Of a stretch of 50,526 bases of DNA, positions 17,964 through 26,687 are shown piece after piece. The notes under the pieces are model-generated. The model was not told the origin of the DNA. It did no database searches and saw only the letters and a program-made list of their open reading frames with translations. Location of the stretch: contig CANHDY010000003.1 of assembly GCA_947459535.1 (NCBI GenBank), positions 1 to 50,526 of the forward strand, written 5' to 3'. Position 1 is the stretch's first letter. Every line of letters begins with the position of its first letter. Origin of the DNA: Rickettsiales bacterium. GTDB lineage: Bacteria; Pseudomonadota; Alphaproteobacteria; Rickettsiales; SXRF01. A program made the translations under genes and the position numbers.

Positions 17964-18494
17964 TTACGCTCTGGCGGCGCCTTGGGATAGTGCTTTAGCG
18001 CGCTCTGCATCAATCTTGGCGACAAAAGACTTCACATCATCGAGGCGTTGATTTGAGTCCTGAAGCTTCTGTTCGAGCGCAGTGTTGTGATTGGTCAATT
18101 CATCAAATTGCTCTTTGCCAGCTTTAGCTTTTTTGACACCACGCACAACACCCACAATAGTACCAACAGCTGCAAGTGCAGCTATACCTATTGCCGCGCC
18201 TAAACCGGTTTTTGCAGCTCGAACACCGATATTGCCGTGGGTTGCTTCTGAAATCGCGGTTGCTGCCATGTCAAGCGAGCTTAGTTTTGCAGCATTCTTG
18301 CCATTAATGACAACATGGCTACCAAAGTCTTCCATTGCCGCGGTTGCTTTTTTGGGAGCAGTAAGATTGCCTGCCAAGCCACCCACAACTGCACCGGTAG
18401 CAGCGCCTATCGCGCTGTCTAAGTTTGCATAACCAAGAGCGCTAGCTACTGTTCCTGGCCCTTTATATTCCGGTTTTTTGTCGTTGCTCGCCAT
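17964..18494 (-). CDS. Orphan protein with glycine-zipper-like hydrophobic segments and a coiled coil
   Basis: AIGAATGAVVGGLAG and GLGAAIGIAALAAVGTIVGVV; C-terminal heptads; AGGGGA RBS. Confidence 0.8.
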   Translation of the reverse strand: MASNDKKPEYKGPGTVASALGYANLDSAIGAATGAVVGGLAGNLTAPKKATAAMEDFGSHVVINGKNAAKLSSLDMAATAISEATHGNIGVRAAKTGLGAAIGIAALAAVGTIVGVVRGVKKAKAGKEQFDELTNHNTALEQKLQDSNQRLDDVKSFVAKIDAERAKALSQGAARA

Positions 18495-18526
18495 GTTTAT
18501 TCCCCTGTAAATTTGATTATTATCCG

Positions 18527-18591
18527 ATCTTAACAGATTGAGGGGGGGGGTAAATTGCTAAAATATGAAGATTTAATGACGGTCAGATGAC
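18527..18591 (-). promoter_or_regulatory. Pho-box-like triple direct repeat, G9 tract and -10 element
   Basis: Minus-strand half-sites GTCAT (18591-18587), GTCAT (18580-18576) and TTCAT (18569-18565) at an 11-bp period; TAAGAT at 18532-18527. Confidence 0.55.
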
Positions 18592-19494
18592 ATACATTAA
18601 AGCGCTTAAATCACAATGATTTAGCTGGTTTTTCGCCTGCGCGCGCACGTTTGGTTTGGCGTGGTAGGCAATGCCGAGGCCTGCGGCGAGCAGCATGGGC
18701 AGGTCGTTCGCCCCGTCGCCGATGGCGATAGCTTCAGCCGGAGAGATGCTAAGTTTGGTGCATCCCTCATTCAGCGCGGCGAGTTTGGCATTTTTATCGA
18801 GAATGGGGGGGATGACGCGGCCACTCAATACTCCCCCCCAGCTTGCGGGGGAGGTTGGGTGGGGGTGAGTTTTGCGTAACTTGTCACCCCCCTCTTGATC
18901 TCCCCCCGCAAGCGGGAGGAGAATTTCTAATTGATTACTCCGCTCCTCATCAAACCCGAGCCGCGCTTTGATGCGCTGGGTATAAAAGCTGAAGCCGCCA
19001 GAGACGAGCATGGTGTAAATACCAGCATCTTTTAGCGCTTTCATCAGCGCCTCGGCGCCGGGCATGAGCCGCACGCGCTCATCGTAAACTTCTTCCAGGG
19101 CTGATTCGGGCAGGCCAGCAAGGAGGCCTACACGCTCTTTCAGCGCCTGCTCAAAATCCAGCTCGCCATTCATCGCGCGCGCCGTGATGGCTTCGATTTT
19201 ATCCCTGAGGCCGACATAATCCGCCAGCTCATCAAGGCATTCATTCTCGATGATGGTCGATTCCATGTCCGCAACGAACAGCTTATAGCGCGGGCGGGGA
19301 TGGGGCTGGATAATGATGTCAGATGACAGATGACGGATGACGGATGACGAATAGTTCTCGACGATCAAACGACAAGCGATGCCTGCTTCCAGCCAGCAAA
19401 CCTCTTGCGCCTTAAGCTCGCGCGCGGCGCTATCCACCTCTTGCGCTGTCAGTGGGTTTTGTTTGGGGTTGGCAAGCAGGGTGATGGAAAACAT
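18583..19494 (-). CDS. serB: Phosphoserine phosphatase, carrying a palindrome insertion
   Basis: ADMESTII, AMNGELDF, LVSGGF and GDGANDLPML HAD motifs. Confidence 0.94.
   Translation of the reverse strand: MFSITLLANPKQNPLTAQEVDSAARELKAQEVCWLEAGIACRLIVENYSSSVIRHLSSDIIIQPHPRPRYKLFVADMESTIIENECLDELADYVGLRDKIEAITARAMNGELDFEQALKERVGLLAGLPESALEEVYDERVRLMPGAEALMKALKDAGIYTMLVSGGFSFYTQRIKARLGFDEERSNQLEILLPLAGGDQEGGDKLRKTHPHPTSPASWGGVLSGRVIPPILDKNAKLAALNEGCTKLSISPAEAIAIGDGANDLPMLLAAGLGIAYHAKPNVRAQAKNQLNHCDLSALMYVI
18831..18921. repeat. REP-like double hairpin inserted in frame in serB
   Basis: CTCCCCCCCAGCTTGCGGGGGAG...CTCCCCCCGCAAGCGGGAGGAG; encodes about LLPLAGGDQEGGDKLRKTHPHPTSPASWGG. Confidence 0.88.
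19320..19354. repeat. Heptamer tandem repeat C(A/G)GATGA x4 inside serB
   Basis: CAGATGA CAGATGA CGGATGA CGGATGA CGAATAG. Confidence 0.85.
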
Positions 19495-19500
19495 AATTTT

Positions 19501-19569
19501 ATCATTCCCGCATTAGCGAGAATCCTGTAAATGGTTTAGCTCAGGATGCCTGCTTTCGCAGGCATGACA
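19501..19569. repeat. RPE-like double hairpin between divergent serB and miaA
   Basis: ATCATTCCCGCATTAGCGAGAATCC...GGATGCCTGCTTTCGCAGGCATGACA; matches the GTCATTCCCGCGAAAGCGGGAATCC repeat type. Confidence 0.8.
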
Positions 19570-19578
19570 AGGAAAAAA

Positions 19579-20430
19579 ATGAAAAAAATTCATATCATCG
19601 CCGGGCCAACCGCCAGCGGTAAGTCAGCACGAGCACTGGCGCTGGCGGAAAGCACGGGCGGCGTGATCATCAACGCGGATTCGCAGCAGCTTTTTAAAGA
19701 CCTGCCGATTCTGACCGCGCGCCCAACCAAGCAGGACGAAGCGCGCGCACCACACAAGCTTTACGGTCTCTTGAACGCCAATGAATCACCCTCGGCCGGG
19801 AAATGGCTGAAATGGGCGAAGATGGAAATTGACTGGGCGCTGGGTGAGGGGCGCCCTGCGATTGTGGTGGGAGGCACTGGACTATATCTGAGGGCGCTCA
19901 CCCAGGGGCTGGCCGAAATTCCTGAGATTGATGCCGCTGTGACCAACCAAGCGGCCAATGATTATGAGGCGATGGGAAAAAGCGCTTTTGAGGAGCGGCT
20001 GAAAGTAGTCGACCCAGAGTTTTTCAAGCGACTTAAGGTTTATGATAAGCAGCGGCTGATTCGCGCCTATGCGGTCTGGCTTGGCTCTGGCAAATCACTA
20101 ACCTACTGGCAGCAGCAGGAGCAAAAACCGTTTTATTCTGCGGATTATTACGAAATCGAAAAGATAGAGGTGGAGCGCGAAGAACTTTATCGCCGCTGTA
20201 ACCAACGTTTTGATAAAATGATAGAAATGGGCGCAGTAGAGGAAGTGCGTGAATTTATCGAAAGCCGCCAGCTGGCTGCTGCTGGTTTGGAGAAGATTAT
20301 CGGCTTCAGGGAGCTTTCTGCCTATCTGCGCGGCGAGCTGGCTCTTGAACAAGCAATTGATAAAGCAAAACAAATGACCAGAAACTACGCGAAGCGCCAG
20401 ATGACCTGGTTTCGGCATCAATTGTCATGA
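19579..20430 (+). CDS. miaA: tRNA dimethylallyltransferase
   Basis: IAGPTASGKS, INADSQQ, VGGTGLY, TRNYAKRQMTWF. Confidence 0.97.
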   Translation: MKKIHIIAGPTASGKSARALALAESTGGVIINADSQQLFKDLPILTARPTKQDEARAPHKLYGLLNANESPSAGKWLKWAKMEIDWALGEGRPAIVVGGTGLYLRALTQGLAEIPEIDAAVTNQAANDYEAMGKSAFEERLKVVDPEFFKRLKVYDKQRLIRAYAVWLGSGKSLTYWQQQEQKPFYSADYYEIEKIEVEREELYRRCNQRFDKMIEMGAVEEVREFIESRQLAAAGLEKIIGFRELSAYLRGELALEQAIDKAKQMTRNYAKRQMTWFRHQLS

Positions 20431-20476
20431 ATTCGTCACTTACTTGTTGTGCAGTATTAATTTATGCTGCTACATC
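20424..20476 (+). promoter_or_regulatory. Pho-box-like direct repeat plus -10 element
   Basis: GTCAT-GAATTC-GTCAC (20424-20439), then GCTACATC (20469-20476), which fits the Caulobacter-type GCTANAWC -10 consensus. Confidence 0.5.
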
Positions 20477-20512
20477 AAATGTAAATTTTAATAAACTAAA
20501 ATGTGTAAGTGA

Positions 20513-22720
20513 ATGACAAAACAAGACAAGAAAGACCCCATGCTTCCATGGCATGTGGTGTTTGTGGCTAGTACAACACCGGAAAAACTCAGGGATTTTC
20601 AGGTTGCTGCTAAGGCTAAAGGGTGGCCAATTCTTTTTGCGGATATCCGTGAGATTATAGGCGTTTATCACAACGTGGACGAAAACGGCAAAGATTTTAA
20701 GGTCAATGCTGGCTTGAAGCGTAGCGTGATTGAACGCTTTGTTGATGTGCTGCGTAAGGATGACAACAATCTCAAGCAGTGGTGCCAGAATAACGGGTTG
20801 GAGTTTGATCGTGCCCGGGTGCATTTCATGACCGAGGATTCGGGTTTTAGTGCACCAAAGGAGATATGGGACAAAATTGATAAGGACGGAATCCCTGACT
20901 ACGTTCAGAAAAGAATTGATGAATCGAGTTCCCGCAGGCTTGGCGGGCCAGGTGTGGAGACTGGCCCTGTGGTAAGTGCGCTTCTGGGCGCGGGTAATCT
21001 GATGGGGCGTATTTTGCAGGCGGCTGGACCAGACATTCAGCGCGTTCATATCGAGGCGAAACAATATAGCACCGTCGCGGTGCTTTCGCTGAACCACCCG
21101 AACCACACCTTCAAACCACTAACGGTAGAGGTTGCCAGCTATATTCGTCCTAATTCTGACGATGGCCCGCGTGTCAGTAATTATAATTATGTTCGCTCTA
21201 AGGAAAAGCCATATAGTTCGGCTGCTGCATTGGGTGAGCAATATATTTCCAATTACAGCCCGCGCGCAAAGATTGTTGATTATCTGGCCGAGGATGTCTG
21301 CAAGCTCAGCCCTGCTCAGAAAATAAAAACACCCCTTAAACGCCAACCCGCCAAGCAGTTCAAAGCGGCATTGCTTGGAGCAGATCGCGATGAAAAGGAC
21401 TCGCTGCGCCAGTTTCTGATGGAAGCAGGTAAACGAGATCAGATGGCGCCGACAGAAATCGTATCATTTGATGCTTCCCATCAGCCTATTGAGGTCGGAT
21501 CTACCTCAATGCGGGCGAATGCCGCGTTATCATACGTGGAAAATCTACTGAGTGAGACTAACGCAGTATTATTGCCACCGTCTGATATTGAAAACTCGGC
21601 CGATCCATCATTCGATCGTGCAAAGCAGCTTTATGACCTGATGTCGCTCATTGTGGCCAAGCAGCTGAACCCGCGCGATAGCAACAAGCCTATCATTATC
21701 ATGAACCACAAGGGTGCCTGGGATGATGCAGTGAGGCTCCATTATGACCTCGCGAACATGTCGCTGACGAAGGAGCACTCTATTTTACTACCCGTGGATG
21801 TTAATGGTAATGGTGCTGCTGTTAAGGCTCATTCCAATAGCTATTTTCATGTGCTTAGCGGCGATGACCAGCGCAAAATCGAAAAAGCTGCAAGCTATCT
21901 GCTGTCGCAGGCAAGGCAGGGCTTTGTATCGGTAGAAAGTTCAGAGCAGCCAACCATGCAAAAGGGCACTTCGCCCGATAAAGATCAGCGATTCAAGGTG
22001 GCGGTATTTTGTTCCGCCAGCTGCGAAAATGCCACACTTAATGCATCACTGAAGGACTTATCATACCGCCTTTCAAAAGATGGTTATGGCATCATTTATG
22101 GCGGGGGTGACCGCTACACAATGGGCGCGGTACTGGATGGTGTTAGGCGGCATCGCGATGAGCTGATAAAGCACGGTATGACGGCAGATGCGGCTAAAGA
22201 AGCAACCTATATCGCTGGCATAAGCACCGATTTAATCGCCGCGGCTGAAACAGAAAAAGGTGAGCTTTCGCCAGACCTTAACTATCGCGAGCTGACCCGC
22301 GATATTTATGACCGTATGGCCAAAATGCTGGTACCTTCTGATGCCATTGTCATCGCACCGGGTGGTGCTGGAACCGTGCAGGAATGGATGGCGGCGCTTA
22401 TGCTGCGAAAACTCGAGCCAGAGAGTTTTGCCGGTAAGCCTATTGTGGTCTATAATCCCCAGCTTCTTAAAGAAAAACCGGGTCTTGCAGAACATGAGAA
22501 AAAAGTCTGGGACGGCCTGCTTAAGCACATGCTTGGCGAAAAGGACTATCGCCTTTTAACCTCGGCAGAGCCAACGATGCAGGCGGCGCGTCTCAGACGT
22601 AGTCGTGAGCTGGGCGTCTATGTGGAGACGCAGGTCGAAGATGTTCAGCAGCGTCTTGATCAGCTTGCTCGTGAAAAAAATACTGCACACAGGCAGAGTG
22701 CTGGCGTTGCTATCGGATAA
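20513..22720 (+). CDS. Ham1/ITPase-like domain fused to a degenerate and an intact LOG (SLOG) domain
   Basis: N-terminal: VASTTPEKLRDF, DENGKDFKVNAGLK, TEDSGF, GGPGVET, NYSPR. Middle: YDLMSL..KQL...KPIIIMN..GAWD. C-terminal: VAVFCSAS, IIYGGG, DRMAKM..SDAIVIAPGGAGTVQE, KPIVVYN. Confidence 0.8.
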   Translation: MTKQDKKDPMLPWHVVFVASTTPEKLRDFQVAAKAKGWPILFADIREIIGVYHNVDENGKDFKVNAGLKRSVIERFVDVLRKDDNNLKQWCQNNGLEFDRARVHFMTEDSGFSAPKEIWDKIDKDGIPDYVQKRIDESSSRRLGGPGVETGPVVSALLGAGNLMGRILQAAGPDIQRVHIEAKQYSTVAVLSLNHPNHTFKPLTVEVASYIRPNSDDGPRVSNYNYVRSKEKPYSSAAALGEQYISNYSPRAKIVDYLAEDVCKLSPAQKIKTPLKRQPAKQFKAALLGADRDEKDSLRQFLMEAGKRDQMAPTEIVSFDASHQPIEVGSTSMRANAALSYVENLLSETNAVLLPPSDIENSADPSFDRAKQLYDLMSLIVAKQLNPRDSNKPIIIMNHKGAWDDAVRLHYDLANMSLTKEHSILLPVDVNGNGAAVKAHSNSYFHVLSGDDQRKIEKAASYLLSQARQGFVSVESSEQPTMQKGTSPDKDQRFKVAVFCSASCENATLNASLKDLSYRLSKDGYGIIYGGGDRYTMGAVLDGVRRHRDELIKHGMTADAAKEATYIAGISTDLIAAAETEKGELSPDLNYRELTRDIYDRMAKMLVPSDAIVIAPGGAGTVQEWMAALMLRKLEPESFAGKPIVVYNPQLLKEKPGLAEHEKKVWDGLLKHMLGEKDYRLLTSAEPTMQAARLRRSRELGVYVETQVEDVQQRLDQLAREKNTAHRQSAGVAIG

Positions 22721-22778
22721 TCATTGACGCAAGCTGGCTGCAGCACTAGGCTACATGCCCTTTACAACGCGGTGTGCC

Positions 22779-24629
22779 ATGAAATCTGCAACGAAAATAA
22801 CGACGCAGCGAGCTGACCATTCTGCCGCCGACCTTCTCGGTGCGGAGGCGATTGTGCGTGCGCTGGCGAATGAAGATGTGGATACGGTGTTTGGTTATCC
22901 AGGCGGTGCGGTGCTGCCGATTTATGACGCGCTCTTCAAGCAGAACCATGTACGCCATATTCTGGTGCGTCATGAGCAGGCGGCAACCCACGCCGCGGAG
23001 GGCTATGCGCGCTCCACCGGCAAGGTGGGCGTGGTGCTGGTGACGAGCGGCCCGGGCGCAACCAACGCGGTCACCGGACTCACCGATGCGATGCTGGACT
23101 CGATCCCGATGGTGTGCATCACCGGGCAGGTGCCCACGCACCTGATTGGCTCGGATGCGTTTCAGGAAGCGGACACGACCGGCATTACACGTTCATGTAC
23201 CAAATATAACTATCTGGTTCGCTCGGTGGAAGAGCTGCCGGGCATCATCCACGAGGCGTTTCATGTCGCGCGCAGCGGCAGGCCGGGGCCGGTGGTGATT
23301 GATATTCCCAAAAATATCATGAACCAGAAGCTGGTTTATCTCGGCAAGCCGGAGACGGTGCGCGCCTCGTACAACCCGCAGGTGAGGGGCGATGAGGCGC
23401 AGATCGACAAAGCGATTCAGCTGATGGCCACCGCCCGCAGGCCGATTTTTTATGTCGGCGGCGGCGTGATTAATTCTGGCCTGGATGCTTGTGCGAAGCT
23501 GACTGAATTCGTGCGCATGACCGGCTTTCCCTGCACCAACACGCTGATGGGGCTTGGTGCGTTCCCGGGTAGTGACCCGCAATTTGTCGGCATGCTCGGC
23601 ATGCATGGCAGCTTGGAAGCCAATATGTGCATGGCCGAGTGCGATGTGATGATCAATATCGGCGCGCGGTTTGATGACCGTGTGACCGGCAGGCTCGATG
23701 CATTTTCGCAGAAATCCAAAAAAATCCATGTCGATATTGACCCCAGCTCGATCAACAAAAACGTGCGCGTGCATGTGCCGATTGTGGGCGATGCTGGCGT
23801 GGTGATCGAGCAGATGATGGCGGCGTGGAAACGTCATCCTGTGGCGCAGCGCCGTAGCGCTGCGAGCACAGGATCTCGTACGGCTGGGGATCCTGTGCAG
23901 CCGCATAGCGGCTCACAGGATTTAGCAGACTGGTGGCAGAAAATCGAAGGCTGGCGCGCGAAGAAAAGTTTTTCTTACGATCAGGGAAGTGAAATCATTA
24001 AACCGCAGCACGCGCTGGCGCGCCTTCAGGCGCTGACGAAAGCGCGCTCGCCTTACATCACCACCGATGTCGGCCAGCACCAGATGTGGGCGGCGCAATA
24101 TTTGATTTATGAAAAGCCCTATAAATGGATGACGAGTGGCGGCCTGGGGACGATGGGCTACGGCCTGCCATCAGCGATGGGCGTGCAGATCGCGCATCCG
24201 GACGAGCTGGTGGTGTGTGTCACCGGCGAGGCCAGCTTCATGATGAATATTCAGGAGCTGTCGACCATCACCCAGTACCGCCTGCCGGTCAAAATTTTTA
24301 TCCTGAATAATCACTGCATGGGCATGGTGCGCCAGTGGCAGCAAATGTTCCATGGCTGTCGCTACAGCGAGTCGTACATGGACTCGCTGCCGGATTTTGT
24401 GAAGCTCGCCGAGGCGTATGGCATGCGCGGCCTGCAATGCAGCAAGCCTTCCGAACTGGATGCCACCATCGAACAGATGCTATCCATTCCCGGCCCGGTG
24501 CTGTGCGATATCATCGTTGACCCGGAAGAAAACGTTTACCCGATGATTCCCGCCGGCGCCGCGCATTATGAACTGCTGCTACGCCCTGAAGATAATAAAG
24601 GCGACATTAAAACGGGGGATTTGCTGTGA
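22779..24629 (+). CDS. ilvB: Acetolactate synthase large subunit, carrying a palindrome insertion
   Basis: FGYPGGAVLP, RHEQ, TSGPGATN, DVGQHQMW, GLGTMGYG, GMVRQWQ. Confidence 0.97.
   Translation: MKSATKITTQRADHSAADLLGAEAIVRALANEDVDTVFGYPGGAVLPIYDALFKQNHVRHILVRHEQAATHAAEGYARSTGKVGVVLVTSGPGATNAVTGLTDAMLDSIPMVCITGQVPTHLIGSDAFQEADTTGITRSCTKYNYLVRSVEELPGIIHEAFHVARSGRPGPVVIDIPKNIMNQKLVYLGKPETVRASYNPQVRGDEAQIDKAIQLMATARRPIFYVGGGVINSGLDACAKLTEFVRMTGFPCTNTLMGLGAFPGSDPQFVGMLGMHGSLEANMCMAECDVMINIGARFDDRVTGRLDAFSQKSKKIHVDIDPSSINKNVRVHVPIVGDAGVVIEQMMAAWKRHPVAQRRSAASTGSRTAGDPVQPHSGSQDLADWWQKIEGWRAKKSFSYDQGSEIIKPQHALARLQALTKARSPYITTDVGQHQMWAAQYLIYEKPYKWMTSGGLGTMGYGLPSAMGVQIAHPDELVVCVTGEASFMMNIQELSTITQYRLPVKIFILNNHCMGMVRQWQQMFHGCRYSESYMDSLPDFVKLAEAYGMRGLQCSKPSELDATIEQMLSIPGPVLCDIIVDPEENVYPMIPAGAAHYELLLRPEDNKGDIKTGDLL
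23832..23921. repeat. 90-bp RPE-like double hairpin inserted in frame in ilvB
   Basis: GTCATCCTGTG-GCGCAGCGC..GCGCTGCG-AGCACAGGATC ... GATCCTGTG-CAGCCGC..GCGGCT-CACAGGAT; encodes RHPVAQRRSAASTGSRTAGDPVQPHSGSQD. Confidence 0.9.
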
Positions 24630-25036
24630 TGCGCGCGACGCAACAGGATAGCCAGATCGCAGCGGTTAACACCGAGCTTGCCATGCTGCGCATACTGGAA
24701 TTGCTGCAGCCGTCCATTGGTGTTGATATAACGTATCGCTCACGAACCAACCTGACCAATCTTGTGAGAACGTCTGACACAGGCATTCATTCCGGGCAAA
24801 ACCGCGAGTTCGTCTCAGACACGCTCAGGGAAATGGAAAAACTTGGCTACGTGGAAGCCACTGAAAACGCTGTTGGTAAGCGCTACTCGATCACACAAGT
24901 AGGTAATGATAAGCTAGCGGAGCTACGATCTGATCATGAATTGTTGGAGACGCGAAGCGATCTTAATACACAAAAATCTCGTGGTATAGGTCGTGTAAAG
25001 ATAGGCGCAACTGAGGAAAGAAGAAGAGGCGTATGA
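24626..25036 (+). CDS. Orphan, possibly winged-helix protein between ilvB and ilvN
   Basis: TLREMEKLGYVE...GKRYSITQVG resembles a wHTH wing; 4-bp overlaps with both neighbours. Confidence 0.6.
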   Translation: MMRATQQDSQIAAVNTELAMLRILELLQPSIGVDITYRSRTNLTNLVRTSDTGIHSGQNREFVSDTLREMEKLGYVEATENAVGKRYSITQVGNDKLAELRSDHELLETRSDLNTQKSRGIGRVKIGATEERRRGV

Positions 25037-25581
25037 CCACCGAAACCCTCGATATCGTCTACGACATTCCGACCTTCAAAGCCGAGGCTTCGCGCCATAC
25101 GCTCGCGGTGTTGGTGGATAATGAATTTGGTGTGCTGGCGCGGGTGATTGGTTTATTCTCTGGGCGCGGTTACAACATTGAGTCGCTCACGGTGGCCGAG
25201 GTGGAGCATGAGAAAAAACTCTCGCGCATCACCATCGTGACTTCCGGCACCGAGCATGTGGTGGAGCAGATTAAAAAGCTGCTTGAGCGCATGGTACCGG
25301 TGCATAAGGTGCATGATTTGACGGTGGAGGGCGCGCATGTTGAGCGTGAGCTCGCGCTGCTCAAGGTTGCGGCGAGTGCTGAAAACCGGCAGGCGGCACT
25401 GAAAACCGCTGATATGTTTCGTGCGAAAGTGATTGATTCGACCCCGGAATCATTTGTGTTTGAAATGACCGGCGAGGCGCGTACCATCGACGAATTCATT
25501 AGCATGATGCAGCCACTCGGGTTGACCGAAATCTGCAGAACGGGTATTGCTGCGGTTTCGCGCGGAAAACAAGGTATTTAG
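25033..25581 (+). CDS. ilvN: Acetolactate synthase small subunit
   Basis: HTLAVLVDNEFGVLARVIGLFSGRGYNIESLTV ACT domain. Confidence 0.96.
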   Translation: MTTETLDIVYDIPTFKAEASRHTLAVLVDNEFGVLARVIGLFSGRGYNIESLTVAEVEHEKKLSRITIVTSGTEHVVEQIKKLLERMVPVHKVHDLTVEGAHVERELALLKVAASAENRQAALKTADMFRAKVIDSTPESFVFEMTGEARTIDEFISMMQPLGLTEICRTGIAAVSRGKQGI

Positions 25582-26613
<1,032 letters not shown>

Positions 26614-26614
26614 A

Positions 26615-26686
26615 TTAGCCCCGCCGAATGGCGGGGTCTGGTATATTATAAGCGGGGATCGGACCCCGCAATAAATGCGGGGCCAA
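26615..26686. repeat. RPE-like double hairpin between ilvC and leuA
   Basis: TTAGCCCCGCCGAATGGCGGGGTC ... GACCCCGCAATAAATGCGGGGCCAA; shares an identical 21-mer with the copy at 10361. Confidence 0.85.
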
Positions 26687-26687
26687 C

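Noticed and set aside
20262-20288. Possible small repeat insertion in miaA (SRQLAAAG)
   Set aside because: Too short and imperfect to distinguish from ordinary sequence variation.
20513-22720. Thoeris or other known SLOG anti-phage system
   Set aside because: No TIR, SIR2 or Macro partner nearby; the SLOG is of the classical LOG type with PGGxGT and is fused to a Ham1-like domain.
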